Positions 28,606 through 38,700 of a stretch of 64,000 nucleotides of DNA are shown here, one piece after another. Origin of the DNA: an uncultured Poribacteria bacterium (GTDB taxonomy: Bacteria; Poribacteria; WGA-4E; WGA-3G); NCBI GenBank assembly GCA_958296135.2, contig CATQHZ020000001.1, positions 896,001 to 960,000 of the forward strand, read 5' to 3'. The notes under the pieces are model-generated. The model was not told the origin of the DNA. It made no database searches and saw only the letters and a list, made by a program, of their open reading frames with translations. Numbering within the stretch: the first letter of the stretch is position 1; each line of letters opens with the position of its first letter. A program made the position numbers and the translations under genes.

Positions 28606-31600
28606 GTGATAGCACATTTACGCGAAACCCAAAATTATCAAAAGCTGATTGCCGCCCTTGAGAACGGTGGGCTTAAAAATGATGGCCCTAAAAACAGTGG
28701 ACGACTGCCGTGGCTGCGCGGGGTGCCGAATGCTGCCACCGCGTACCTCTTGGCGATGCTCATTAACGAATTGCCGGAAAAATCGTTCCTCATTGTGCTT
28801 CCCTCGCAAAAAGAAGCAGAATTGATGAGAGAGGATATCCGTGCCTTCCTTGCACATAGCGATAACGGCTCGGGCTGCCGAACGCGAGCGGTTGCTGAAG
28901 AAGGGCTGTCCTTGTTTCCGGCGTGGACATCCACGCTTTTGCGTGGCATCACTCCCTCTAAAAACACGATAGCGGCGCGGATGCAGTGTTTCCATCGTCT
29001 GCTACAGGTGCCGGAACGTAGCATCGTTATCACGACGAGCAGTGCGCTGCAGGACAGACTGCCACGGTGCGCCGATTTTGCTATGGCGTTTCGTGTCCTG
29101 CAGACGGGCGATGAAGTCGAGCCAGACGATGTGGAGGCCCTGCTACTCCGCGGCGGTTACCAGCGCGTTGCGCTCGTTGAAGTGAAGGGGGAATTCGCGC
29201 GCCGTGGCGACATTCTCGATGTCTATCCACTCACCGCCGATACACCTATGCGTCTGGAGTTTTTCGGCGACGAACTGGACTCTATCCGCGCGTTTGATGC
29301 TACGTCGCAACGTTCAACGGAACCGCTGGATTCCGTCGCGCTCTCACCGATGCAAGAGCTTCTCACAGACGACTGGGCGGCACAGACATCACATCTCATT
29401 GATTACCTCCGCGAGGAGACGTGTGTTGTCCGCATAGAGCCGCAGTGGCAGAAACGCGATGCGGCGCAGCTATTTGAAGAGATGCAGGAGTTGTCCAAAC
29501 AGGAGTTAGAGTCTTCACAACTCATGCTGCCGCCGGATAAGGCGTTCGTGCCGTTTGAGGAGGTGGAGGCGCGGTTAGCGGCGTATCCGGTTATCTGTGC
29601 GTCGTTAGCATCGCCGCGCGGTATCGTGCCTGAGCCCGATTTTCTCCGGTTTGATATGAAACCGCTGGTGCTCCCGCGCGGCAACTATCAGACGGTGTTC
29701 AACCACATTCAAACGTGGATAAGGCAAGGGGTTCAGGTTCATGTTTTCTGTGAGAGTCCGCAGCAGGCGAAGCGCGTCTCTGAGATTTTGGCGGAACGCG
29801 CGCTCATTCCGAGGCGTATCAACGTCGGCGCAATCAGCGGCGGTTTTCTTGATGAGTCGCTGAACCTCGCTGTCATCTCCGAGCATGAACTTTTTGGGAA
29901 CCGCTACCACCGTCCGCACCGCCCGAGGCCCTCTCAGGATGGAACCCCGATTCTCAGCCTGATGGACTTGAAGGTGGGGGACTATGTGGTGCATGTCTCG
30001 CACGGCATTGCCATTTATGATGGCATTCGCCGATTGACGCTTGACAGCGGTTCGCAAGAAGGCCCTGAAAGCCGCCCGCTGCAGCAAGACTTTCTTGTCC
30101 TTAAGTACAGTTCGGACGATATCCTCTATGTGCCGACAGACCAGGTAGCTCTGGTTCAGAAGTATATCGGCAGTCAAGAGGAATCCCACAAGCCGCGCGT
30201 GGATAAGCTCGGGGGCACTGCATGGCATCGGCGAAAAGCGCGCGCCCAAGCCGCCATTGAACAGATGGCGGATGAGCTCCTCAAGTTATACGCCGTTCGG
30301 CAGGCACGCAAGGGATTTAATTTTCCTGCTGAGGTGCCGTGGCAGGCGGAATTTGAGGCACTCTTTCCTTACCAAGAAACAGCAGACCAGGTTCGTGCCA
30401 TTGAGGACGTGGAGGCTGACATGGAAGCGGGACGCCCCATGGATAGGCTTGTGTGTGGCGATGTCGGTTATGGGAAAACGGAAGTAGCTTTGCGCGCCGC
30501 CTTCAAAGCGGTGATGGCTGAGAAACAGGTGGCCGTGCTTGTGCCGACGACGATTCTCGCGCTTCAGCACTACGACACTTTTGAAAAACGCTTCAGCCCT
30601 TTTCCGGTTCAAGTTGAGATTTTAAGCCGTTTTCGGACGCGGGACGAAATAAAAAAGGTGAAGGCGGGGCTTGCCGATGGCACGGTTGATATTGTCATCG
30701 GGACGCACAGTCTTCTCGCCCAGAGCGTTGAATTTGGCAATCTTGGGCTTCTCATTGTTGACGAGGAGCACCGCTTCGGCGTGAGGCACAAGGAGAAAAT
30801 CAAGCAGTTTAAGGATACGGTTGACGTTCTCACATTGACGGCTACCCCGATTCCGCGCACGCTGCACATGTCGCTTATGGGCATCCGCGATTTCAGCGTT
30901 ATCAACACACCGCCTGCGAATCGGCTGCCCATCCAGACGTATGTCATGCCGTTCAACCCGGATGTTATCCGCGAGGCAGTTAACGCGGAGTTGGAGCGCG
31001 GCGGGCAGGTGTTTTTTGTTCACAACCGTGTCCAGAGTATCCAGACTGTGGCGGAGACGCTTCGGGGGCTGGTACCGGAAGCGCGGATTGCTGTCGCGCA
31101 TGGGCAAATGCCGGAGCGCGAATTGGAGAACGTCATGCTGGAATTTGTCCGCCATAAGCACGATGTCCTGGTCTGCACGATGATTATTGAATCGGGGCTG
31201 GATATCCCGAACGTTAACACTATCCTGATTGATAGGGCTGATGCGCTCGGTTTGGCGCAGCTTTATCAGTTGCGGGGGCGAGTCGGGCGCGCCGATGCGC
31301 AGGCGTACGGTTACTTGTTCTATCCACAAACCCAGGTTATCACCGAGGGCGCGCAGAAAAGACTCCGCGTGATTGAGGAATTTACAGACCTCGGTTCCGG
31401 ATTCAAAATCGCGCTTCGGGATTTAGAAATCCGCGGCACCGGCAATATTCTCGGTGCTGAACAGCACGGGCACATCGTCACTATCGGCTATGAACTTTAC
31501 TGCAAAATGCTGGAAGAGGCGGTGCTGGCGTTGCAAGGGGAAGCGGTTGAAGAACACGTTGAGACGCGTATCAGCCTGCCGATTGAGGCATATTTGCCCG

Positions 31601-32028
31601 ATGACTACGTGCCGGATAGCCGCCAGAAGGTGTCTATCTACAAGAAAATCGCCGCTGTTCAAAGCGACGGGGCCCTCAAGGAACTGCGCGAAGAATTGAA
31701 CGATAGATACGGCGCGGTGCCGAAACCGGCTGAGATGCTGCTTGCCATTGCAAGCCTGAAGCGGCTCTGTCAACGGCTCAGCATCACCGCGATTGTCGGC
31801 GGCAACTCACGGGTGAAAGTCACCTTTGACGAACGAAATCCGAAAATCAATGTCCAACGGCTGATGGAGGTAGTCCAGGGGGATGCGAACCTCCGGTTAA
31901 TTCCGCCATCACAATTAGCTATTCGCATTCGGGGAGTCGGGGGCGGTTCGCACGCCGGTCCCAAAACCCGCGGCGAGAAGATACTGAGTGTTTTGGCACA
32001 AAAATTGAAAATGCTGTTGCCAGAATAA
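28606..32028 (+). CDS. mfd: Transcription-repair coupling factor
   Basis: UvrB-like module (GEFARRG.ILD), CarD/RID (GDYVVH..HG), GDVGYGKT, DEEHRFG, QLRGRVGR, TRCF C-terminus. Confidence 0.97.
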   Translation: MIAHLRETQNYQKLIAALENGGLKNDGPKNSGRLPWLRGVPNAATAYLLAMLINELPEKSFLIVLPSQKEAELMREDIRAFLAHSDNGSGCRTRAVAEEGLSLFPAWTSTLLRGITPSKNTIAARMQCFHRLLQVPERSIVITTSSALQDRLPRCADFAMAFRVLQTGDEVEPDDVEALLLRGGYQRVALVEVKGEFARRGDILDVYPLTADTPMRLEFFGDELDSIRAFDATSQRSTEPLDSVALSPMQELLTDDWAAQTSHLIDYLREETCVVRIEPQWQKRDAAQLFEEMQELSKQELESSQLMLPPDKAFVPFEEVEARLAAYPVICASLASPRGIVPEPDFLRFDMKPLVLPRGNYQTVFNHIQTWIRQGVQVHVFCESPQQAKRVSEILAERALIPRRINVGAISGGFLDESLNLAVISEHELFGNRYHRPHRPRPSQDGTPILSLMDLKVGDYVVHVSHGIAIYDGIRRLTLDSGSQEGPESRPLQQDFLVLKYSSDDILYVPTDQVALVQKYIGSQEESHKPRVDKLGGTAWHRRKARAQAAIEQMADELLKLYAVRQARKGFNFPAEVPWQAEFEALFPYQETADQVRAIEDVEADMEAGRPMDRLVCGDVGYGKTEVALRAAFKAVMAEKQVAVLVPTTILALQHYDTFEKRFSPFPVQVEILSRFRTRDEIKKVKAGLADGTVDIVIGTHSLLAQSVEFGNLGLLIVDEEHRFGVRHKEKIKQFKDTVDVLTLTATPIPRTLHMSLMGIRDFSVINTPPANRLPIQTYVMPFNPDVIREAVNAELERGGQVFFVHNRVQSIQTVAETLRGLVPEARIAVAHGQMPERELENVMLEFVRHKHDVLVCTMIIESGLDIPNVNTILIDRADALGLAQLYQLRGRVGRADAQAYGYLFYPQTQVITEGAQKRLRVIEEFTDLGSGFKIALRDLEIRGTGNILGAEQHGHIVTIGYELYCKMLEEAVLALQGEAVEEHVETRISLPIEAYLPDDYVPDSRQKVSIYKKIAAVQSDGALKELREELNDRYGAVPKPAEMLLAIASLKRLCQRLSITAIVGGNSRVKVTFDERNPKINVQRLMEVVQGDANLRLIPPSQLAIRIRGVGGGSHAGPKTRGEKILSVLAQKLKMLLPE

Positions 32029-32159
32029 TAATGTAACACTGACGAGACTCACCACAGAAGCCTATTATTTGGCGATACCGTAGGGCGCGGGCCCGGCGAG
32101 GGTTAATCGCCGAGGGTTCCCCCTCGCTCTGACGGTAATATTTAGAGGAGATGCATCAC

Positions 32160-33134
32160 ATGAAAAAAACGATTATTGTGTTTGCAATTGTCGCTGCAAT
32201 CTGTTTACTGACATGGCAGTTTGTTCAGTCTGAGCACCATGAGCAGCCTGCAGCCGACGTTGCGGAGATGGAAACCCAGGTCATCTTGGCAGAATTCCGG
32301 TGGAACGGCGAGCATCATCAGATTTCGCTGGCAGCACTGAACGCCGCCATCGCGGAATTGCCCGTTTATCGCCAGCAAAATTATGAGAGTCGGGCCGATA
32401 AAGCCGAGTATCTGGAGGAAATGATTGAGGAGCAGCTCAAAATCCTCCGCGCCGCCGACGAGGGATTTGACACCCTCCCGGAGCACCTCAAAAAACTGGA
32501 GGACTACACCCATCAACTCATGGTTGAGAAGTTGACTGAGGCGGAAGTTGATGCGAAAATCGCCTATACCGATGAGGAACTCATGGCGCATTATAAGGCG
32601 AATCTGAGCGACTACGTTGAACAGGCGAAGGTTCGCGCAACCTGCATCACGCTTGACGACGAAGACCTGGCGAATGAGACGCTTGACACAATCATCGCCG
32701 GCAAAGACATCGTTGAGAGCGCGAAGGCGCTCGCCGAAGCCGGCAAACTCGCCAATGGCCCCGGCACCAATCGCGATGAACCGGGCAATACATTCCTCTT
32801 CTCGAAGGCCGCCTCGGCGCAATGGGAGGAATTCATTAACGCCGCCTTCGCGCAAGAAATCGGCGAGATAACCGATACCGTCTTTGAGACAGAAGTCGGC
32901 GATGAGACTTTCTACCTCATTTTCCGCAAGGAGGAACATCATCCGGAGCGACAAAAGGATTTCGCCGAGGTGAAAGACGACATCCAGCGCGAAGTTGAAC
33001 GGCAGAAGAAGCGCGTCCGCATCAACGAGTGGGTGGAAGAAATCTCGGCGCGCGGCAAACTGCAAACCTTCCCGGAAAACATTCCTGAACCTCCCGAACC
33101 GGAGGAAGCCGAATCTGAAGCATCCGAACAGTAA
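32160..33134 (+). CDS. PrsA/SurA-like parvulin peptidyl-prolyl isomerase (divergent)
   Basis: Signal/anchor, helical SurA_N-like region, VRATCI, F..AAF...IGEI. Confidence 0.7.
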   Translation: MKKTIIVFAIVAAICLLTWQFVQSEHHEQPAADVAEMETQVILAEFRWNGEHHQISLAALNAAIAELPVYRQQNYESRADKAEYLEEMIEEQLKILRAADEGFDTLPEHLKKLEDYTHQLMVEKLTEAEVDAKIAYTDEELMAHYKANLSDYVEQAKVRATCITLDDEDLANETLDTIIAGKDIVESAKALAEAGKLANGPGTNRDEPGNTFLFSKAASAQWEEFINAAFAQEIGEITDTVFETEVGDETFYLIFRKEEHHPERQKDFAEVKDDIQREVERQKKRVRINEWVEEISARGKLQTFPENIPEPPEPEEAESEASEQ

Positions 33135-33296
33135 ATCGCGATGTGCCTTTAAAACCTTCGCTCCGCGTACCGTAGTGCGAGGGAAAACCTGTCCCTCGCT
33201 ATGCTTCTCGGGGTTAAACCTTCGCTCCGCGTACCGTAGTGCGAGGGGCTGTCCCTCGCTATGCTGCGCGGGGTATCATGTTGATAGGAGATACAA

Positions 33297-34337
33297 TTGA
33301 AAATCGTAAACACAGTTATTCACATAGCCATCGTCCATGGCGGCGGCGCGCTGTTACTCGCCATGTTTGCGGTGCTGCCCCTCTTCACGGGCTGCGGTGA
33401 CAAGGCCATCGGGGCCGATGGAACCGTCATCGCCACGTATGAGTGGGAGGGCAAGCCGCATCACATCACGCTGGAGGAGATGCAGCAGGAGATCAGCGAG
33501 CTCCCGGAGTACAAGCAGCGTCAGTATCAGGACAAAGAGGGGCTTGAAACCTACATGCTCCTCATGGCGGAGAGCCGTCTTATCCTCAGCCTCGCTCGCG
33601 ACCAGAAATTGAACGAAGACCCGGAAATCCTCAAGAAGGTTCAGGACTATCTTCATGAGCTCATGGTAAAGCGAGTTACCGTCCAGGAGGTTGACGACAA
33701 ATTGGCGTTAACAGAGGACGACTATCTGCGCTATTATGAAGCGCACAAGGAAGACTATGTCCGTCCTGCGCAGGTGCGGTTGTTGTGTATCACGCTTACC
33801 GACGGGGCGCGCGCCGATGAAGTCTTTGCCGAAATCAAGGCTGGCAGAGACATCGCCGAGGTTGCCCAGGAGCTCTCGGATAGAGGCGAGCTGGTCGGTC
33901 CCGGTGCGAATCCCGCCTCGCCCGGCGATACGGATTACATCGGCCGCGGTGCCTTCCCTGAAGGCACCGAGCTGTTTATTGATGCAGCCTTCGCCGCCGA
34001 CATTGGCGAGCTGCATGACGGAGTTATTGGCGTGGCGGTGGGAAGCCAAAAATACTTCATGATGTTCCGTAAAGACGAGGCACGGGATGCTTACCAGAAG
34101 CCGTTTGAGGAAGAGGATGTCCGAAAGAATGTTGTGCGGAAGGTGGAGCGCGAAAAACGGAACGCGCTGCTGAAAGAGTGGGTTGCCCAACTCCGCGCCC
34201 GCGCGGAAGTCAAAACCTACACAGACCGCATTCCGGAAGCGGAACCTGAAGCCGAGGCGGAGCCCTCCGAACCCGAAGCGGAAGAGACTGAACCGGTGTC
34301 TCCTGAGGAGGCACCCGCGGAAAGTCAACCCGAGTAA
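33297..34337 (+). CDS. PrsA/SurA-like parvulin PPIase, lipoprotein (paralog of the upstream gene)
   Basis: FTGC lipobox; ITLEE.Q.EISELP.Y, VRLLCI, FIDAAF...IGE. Confidence 0.7.
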   Translation: MKIVNTVIHIAIVHGGGALLLAMFAVLPLFTGCGDKAIGADGTVIATYEWEGKPHHITLEEMQQEISELPEYKQRQYQDKEGLETYMLLMAESRLILSLARDQKLNEDPEILKKVQDYLHELMVKRVTVQEVDDKLALTEDDYLRYYEAHKEDYVRPAQVRLLCITLTDGARADEVFAEIKAGRDIAEVAQELSDRGELVGPGANPASPGDTDYIGRGAFPEGTELFIDAAFAADIGELHDGVIGVAVGSQKYFMMFRKDEARDAYQKPFEEEDVRKNVVRKVEREKRNALLKEWVAQLRARAEVKTYTDRIPEAEPEAEAEPSEPEAEETEPVSPEEAPAESQPE

Positions 34338-34445
34338 TTCCGCGTATCCTGTAGGGCGGGGGCCTGTCCCTCGCCCCAGCGGAAAATAGCCCAAGGAACG
34401 CAGCATGCAACAACGGCGCATGCGGCTCCAGCAAGGAGATTCTAA

Positions 34446-35789
34446 ATGACCAGGGACTATAATCGAACGCTTTGCGCCAAGACGAAGGAATACAAAATCG
34501 CCGCGACGCTCGTGTTCGGTCTGTTCTGCATCACCATCGCAGTGCAGAACGGCACAGCACGCACCATTGATAGAATCATCGCCCACGTTAACGACGATGT
34601 TGTCACGCAGTGGGAATTGGACACTTTAGTGAAACAGCGTGCGATGGAGCTCCAGCATGTCTACCGCTTCAGCGCGCGTGAAGCACAGCAGGAGGCAGAA
34701 CAGCAACGCGTAGAACTCTTGGACCGGCTTATCCGGCAAATGCTCTTACTTGAGGCCGCGCTTACCTTGAAAATCATTGCTACTGACGTAGAGGTAGAGC
34801 AGTATATCACAGAGTTTAAGAACCGGTATCAGATTGAGACTGATGAAGAATTTCAGAAGCAGCTGAACCGGGAGGGCCTCACCCTCGTCGCGTTTCGGGA
34901 GCAATCGGAACGGAACCTGAAGTCTGAGAAACTGGTGATGGGCAGAATTGTCCCGCGTCTCCAGATTCGGGACAGTGATGTTCAGCAATTTTTTGAAGAG
35001 AATCGGGACCAGCTTCCAACAAAATCGGATAAGGTGCGGCTGCGGCATCTGTTTATCGCCTTCAAACCGATGAAGGCAGACCGGCAGGCCGCGCTGGAGC
35101 AGGTGAACGCTGCACGGGCGGCGATTGCGGCAGCGCCAGCCCAGTTTGAAACTATTGCCCAACGTTATACGCCGCCGCAGAACGCCGACTCGCAGGTAGG
35201 GAAGTTGATAGAAGCTAGTCATGAGGAGCTCAGCAGTTTTCCGGAGACTTTCCAGGCGGTGCTCGCGAACCTCAAGGCCGGCGAGATGAGCGAACCGATT
35301 GAGGCAAACGAGGGACTCTATGTTTTCCGAGTGGAGACGAAGACCGGGGAGCTGACAGGATTTCGGTATTTCATCGTTCCGCTTTCGCTGAGCGAGGCGG
35401 CTATCGAGGCTGCGCGCGAACGCATCGCTGAGCTCTTCCAGAAATTGGAGGCGGGTGAAGATTTCAACGCCCTTACCGCTGAACATTCCGATGATGTAGA
35501 CACGAAGGAGAACGGGGGAGACCTCGGGGTGCGGGCCCTCACGGAGCTGAATCCCAAGACACGGAACATCGTTGCGGCACTTGATACGGGAGCCTACAGT
35601 CAACCCGTTGAGACTTCTTCCGGCCTGCACATTTTCAAAGTTGACGAGCGGAATACGCCCGAACTGAGCGAGGCAGAGAGACTGCAGATTATCTCTATCC
35701 TGCGCCAACAGCGTTTTCAAGAAGAGTGGGATGCATATACCGACCGGCTCATGGAAAACGCTTACGTGAAAATTAAGTTGCATGAATAG
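34446..35789 (+). CDS. surA: SurA-like periplasmic chaperone with two parvulin domains
   Basis: IDRIIAHVNDDVVT SurA_N start; VRLRHLFI; SDD..TKENGGDLG; GLHIFKV. Confidence 0.8.
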   Translation: MTRDYNRTLCAKTKEYKIAATLVFGLFCITIAVQNGTARTIDRIIAHVNDDVVTQWELDTLVKQRAMELQHVYRFSAREAQQEAEQQRVELLDRLIRQMLLLEAALTLKIIATDVEVEQYITEFKNRYQIETDEEFQKQLNREGLTLVAFREQSERNLKSEKLVMGRIVPRLQIRDSDVQQFFEENRDQLPTKSDKVRLRHLFIAFKPMKADRQAALEQVNAARAAIAAAPAQFETIAQRYTPPQNADSQVGKLIEASHEELSSFPETFQAVLANLKAGEMSEPIEANEGLYVFRVETKTGELTGFRYFIVPLSLSEAAIEAARERIAELFQKLEAGEDFNALTAEHSDDVDTKENGGDLGVRALTELNPKTRNIVAALDTGAYSQPVETSSGLHIFKVDERNTPELSEAERLQIISILRQQRFQEEWDAYTDRLMENAYVKIKLHE

Positions 35790-38700
35790 GAAATCCGTGC
35801 CAAAGCTGTCAAAAGAACGCCATTTTTTTCTTTGCTGCGCGCTGTTATCCATTGCAGGGCTCCTCGTATTCCCCGCGGTGCTTCTCGCGCAAACCGCTGC
35901 TGAAGAAGCACCGCCTGCAGCCCCGGAGATCGAGGAAAAAGTGCTCCCGGACGACGGTGAAAAAACGCCGGAGGCGGAAACTCCGCCGGAGGAGACAGAG
36001 AGTCCTGATGCGGGTGCAGAGGGGACAGAAGCGCAGCAGGAGAAATCCCCTGACGGACTGGACCCGGAGCAGATGGACCCGGAGCCGGGTATTGTCATCG
36101 GCGATGGGGACGAGATGGTGATGCAGGATAATCTCGTCCAAATCCACGGCAATGCCCTCATCAAATACGGCGATATGATTTTGCGGGCAGACCACGTCTG
36201 GGCCGACTTCAACGAGAATCTGCTGCGCGCTTCTGGCAATGTCCACCTCATCACTGGGGCCGAGGAGACCTTCTCCGATGAGCTTATCTTTAACCTTGAG
36301 ACGAAGAAGGGGATTGCGCGCAACGGGTTCACCTACAATGATCCGTGGTATTTCGGCGGTAGTGACATCTTTAAAATCGGCGACAAGAAGTCTTATATCC
36401 GCAGTGCGACGTTGACGACGTGCTCGCTGAAATATCCGCACTACTATTTCAGTGTTTCGCGTGTGATTGTCCGCGTCAATGAGGAGATGATTGCCAAAAA
36501 CATCGTTTTGCGCATCGGTGGGTTTCCGCTGTTCTATTTTCCGGCTATCCGCCGCGATCTTCGCAAAGGCAAGGTTGCCAAGATCATTGTGAAAGTCGGC
36601 ACGGATAGTTACCAGGGCCCCTATGTCAGTATCATTTTACCGATTGCCCGCAAGCGGCGTTACGATGGCGCGCTTCTCTACGACGAAAGTGCGCGGCGCG
36701 GGCGGGGGTTCGGATTTGAAGGAAAATATCGCTTCAACGATACGCAATTCCGTGAGATTTATATCCCTATTCCGCCGGATGCGACGCCCGCGCAACGCAC
36801 GAAGTTAGAGGAGAAGGCGAAGGAAATCCATGAGCGACTTGAGGGAGAGCACGATAGGTATTGGCTCAAGCAGCTGTTTCTGCCTTATGAAATTACGGCG
36901 GATGATGTCAACCGTGCTGAAGAGACAGCGGCGGAGCTCCTCATGCAACTAACAGAAGAGGGTGCGGACTTTGCGACACTTGCGCAACGTAATTCGGACC
37001 ACGAGACTCGGTATGAGGGCGGCGATTTAGGGTTTATTGTTCGCGGTGAGCGCATCGAGGAAAAAACACCTGCAACGTCCAAAACGCAAAACGCGCCAAA
37101 AGAGAAGACAGCTCCCGATGCCTCGCCGCCTCTTGATGAGGCGGCTACCCCTGAAGGCACGCCGATAGATGCGGCACCTGAGACAGGCGCGGCACCCGAA
37201 GCAGCCGAATCGCAAGACGCTGAAGCGGAAACAACCCAGGCACCGCCTGCAGAAAAACCCAAACTGGATCCGATTTTAGAGGAGGCCGCTTTTGAATTGG
37301 AAGAAGGCGAAATCAGTTCTGTCTTAAAGACGGAGTCTGCCTTTCATATCCTCAAAGTGGAGCGTGTGCTTGATGTCTACGGCGAACGCGAGATTCAACT
37401 CCGCCGGATTGATATCGCTATCGCGGCGAGCGATGAGACACAGCAGAAACTCCGCGAGACAACGGATATCATTCAGGCACGCGCCCTGGAAGGCGAAAGT
37501 TTTGAGCGGCTCGCCGCGGCATTCGCTGAGGTGACGTTATCCGAAGTGAACGATGGCGATGGCTTACCTCTCAGCGAGATGGATGCCAGTTGGCGGTATT
37601 CTGTCAGACGCTTAGAAGAACCGGGCGACATCACGCAACGCCGCCCCGTTTCCACACCGGAGGGGCTCTACCTTTTCCAACTGATTGAGAAAGAGGAGAC
37701 ACCGACTTTCGAGGTGCTCGCTGAGGAGCTCGATGCGGAGTGGGAGCTCTTCCTCGCGGAGGTAATGTCTTCAACGGAAGAGCCAAAGGCAGGTGAACAA
37801 ACATCTGCAGCCGGCGCATCTGTCCCGGCCGAAGGCGCATCGCCGGAGAGCCCGGAAACAGCGGAAGTGAGCTCGGATACGCCTGAGCCTAAGTCTCCTG
37901 AAGCGGAGGTGCCGGCAGAATCGCGGCCAAAGGACGCACCGGCTAGTTCCGATGAGGCAGTAGGAGAGGACGCTAGTTCCGATGAAGCAGAAGACGTGGA
38001 CGCGGAAGAACCGTTTACCGTCTACCGAAAACACGGGTACCGCGGCCGCTGGGAAGACCCGAGGGCTGTTGCATCAGAGGCGCAAAGTCTCTACGGCGGT
38101 GAATTTAGCAAAGTCATTCCGACTAAAAAAGCGTTTCGCCTCATTAAAGTTGATAAAAAGCGCGCCTATCGCGGGGATATCTATTTATATCGCGCGGACC
38201 ACTATTCTTTCGACAGGCAGAGTCCCTCTCGTATCGGCAGACGTTGGAACATGCGGTGGGGGCATAGGCAATCCCTCTATACTCCCTGGGACAGCCGCCG
38301 AGAAGGACGCCGGCCTATCAGTTTTACTGGGCGGACAGAATTGCGTGCGCTCACTTACAAAGAGGAACTGAAACTGCCGGGCGAATCGACGCTCAATACG
38401 TTTGGCATTCTCACTTACGGGGCTGCCTTCTCCGCCTTGGACGAGGGTGACCGGGATGATAACGGTAACCTCCGGTTTTCCCGGCAACCGACAGGGGATT
38501 TCACGGGACGGCTTGAGGTGCGGCATATTCACGATTTCACGGGCGAAGGCACCACCTCGCTTCAAAAGCTGCCGCAACTCACGCTGAACTTTTCACGGAT
38601 GCGGTTTAACGGATTGCCGGTTTTTAGAACCATCAATTCGCGGCTTGTGACGCTCTCGGAAAAATCTGCAACCGAAAAGCCGATTCTCTCGCTGTTTACC

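Noticed and set aside
34746-36332. 528-aa minus-strand ORF and other long antisense ORFs (e.g. 15749-16693, 32205-33065, 52686-53540)
   Set aside because: Shadow frames of well-supported genes in GC-rich DNA; no motifs.
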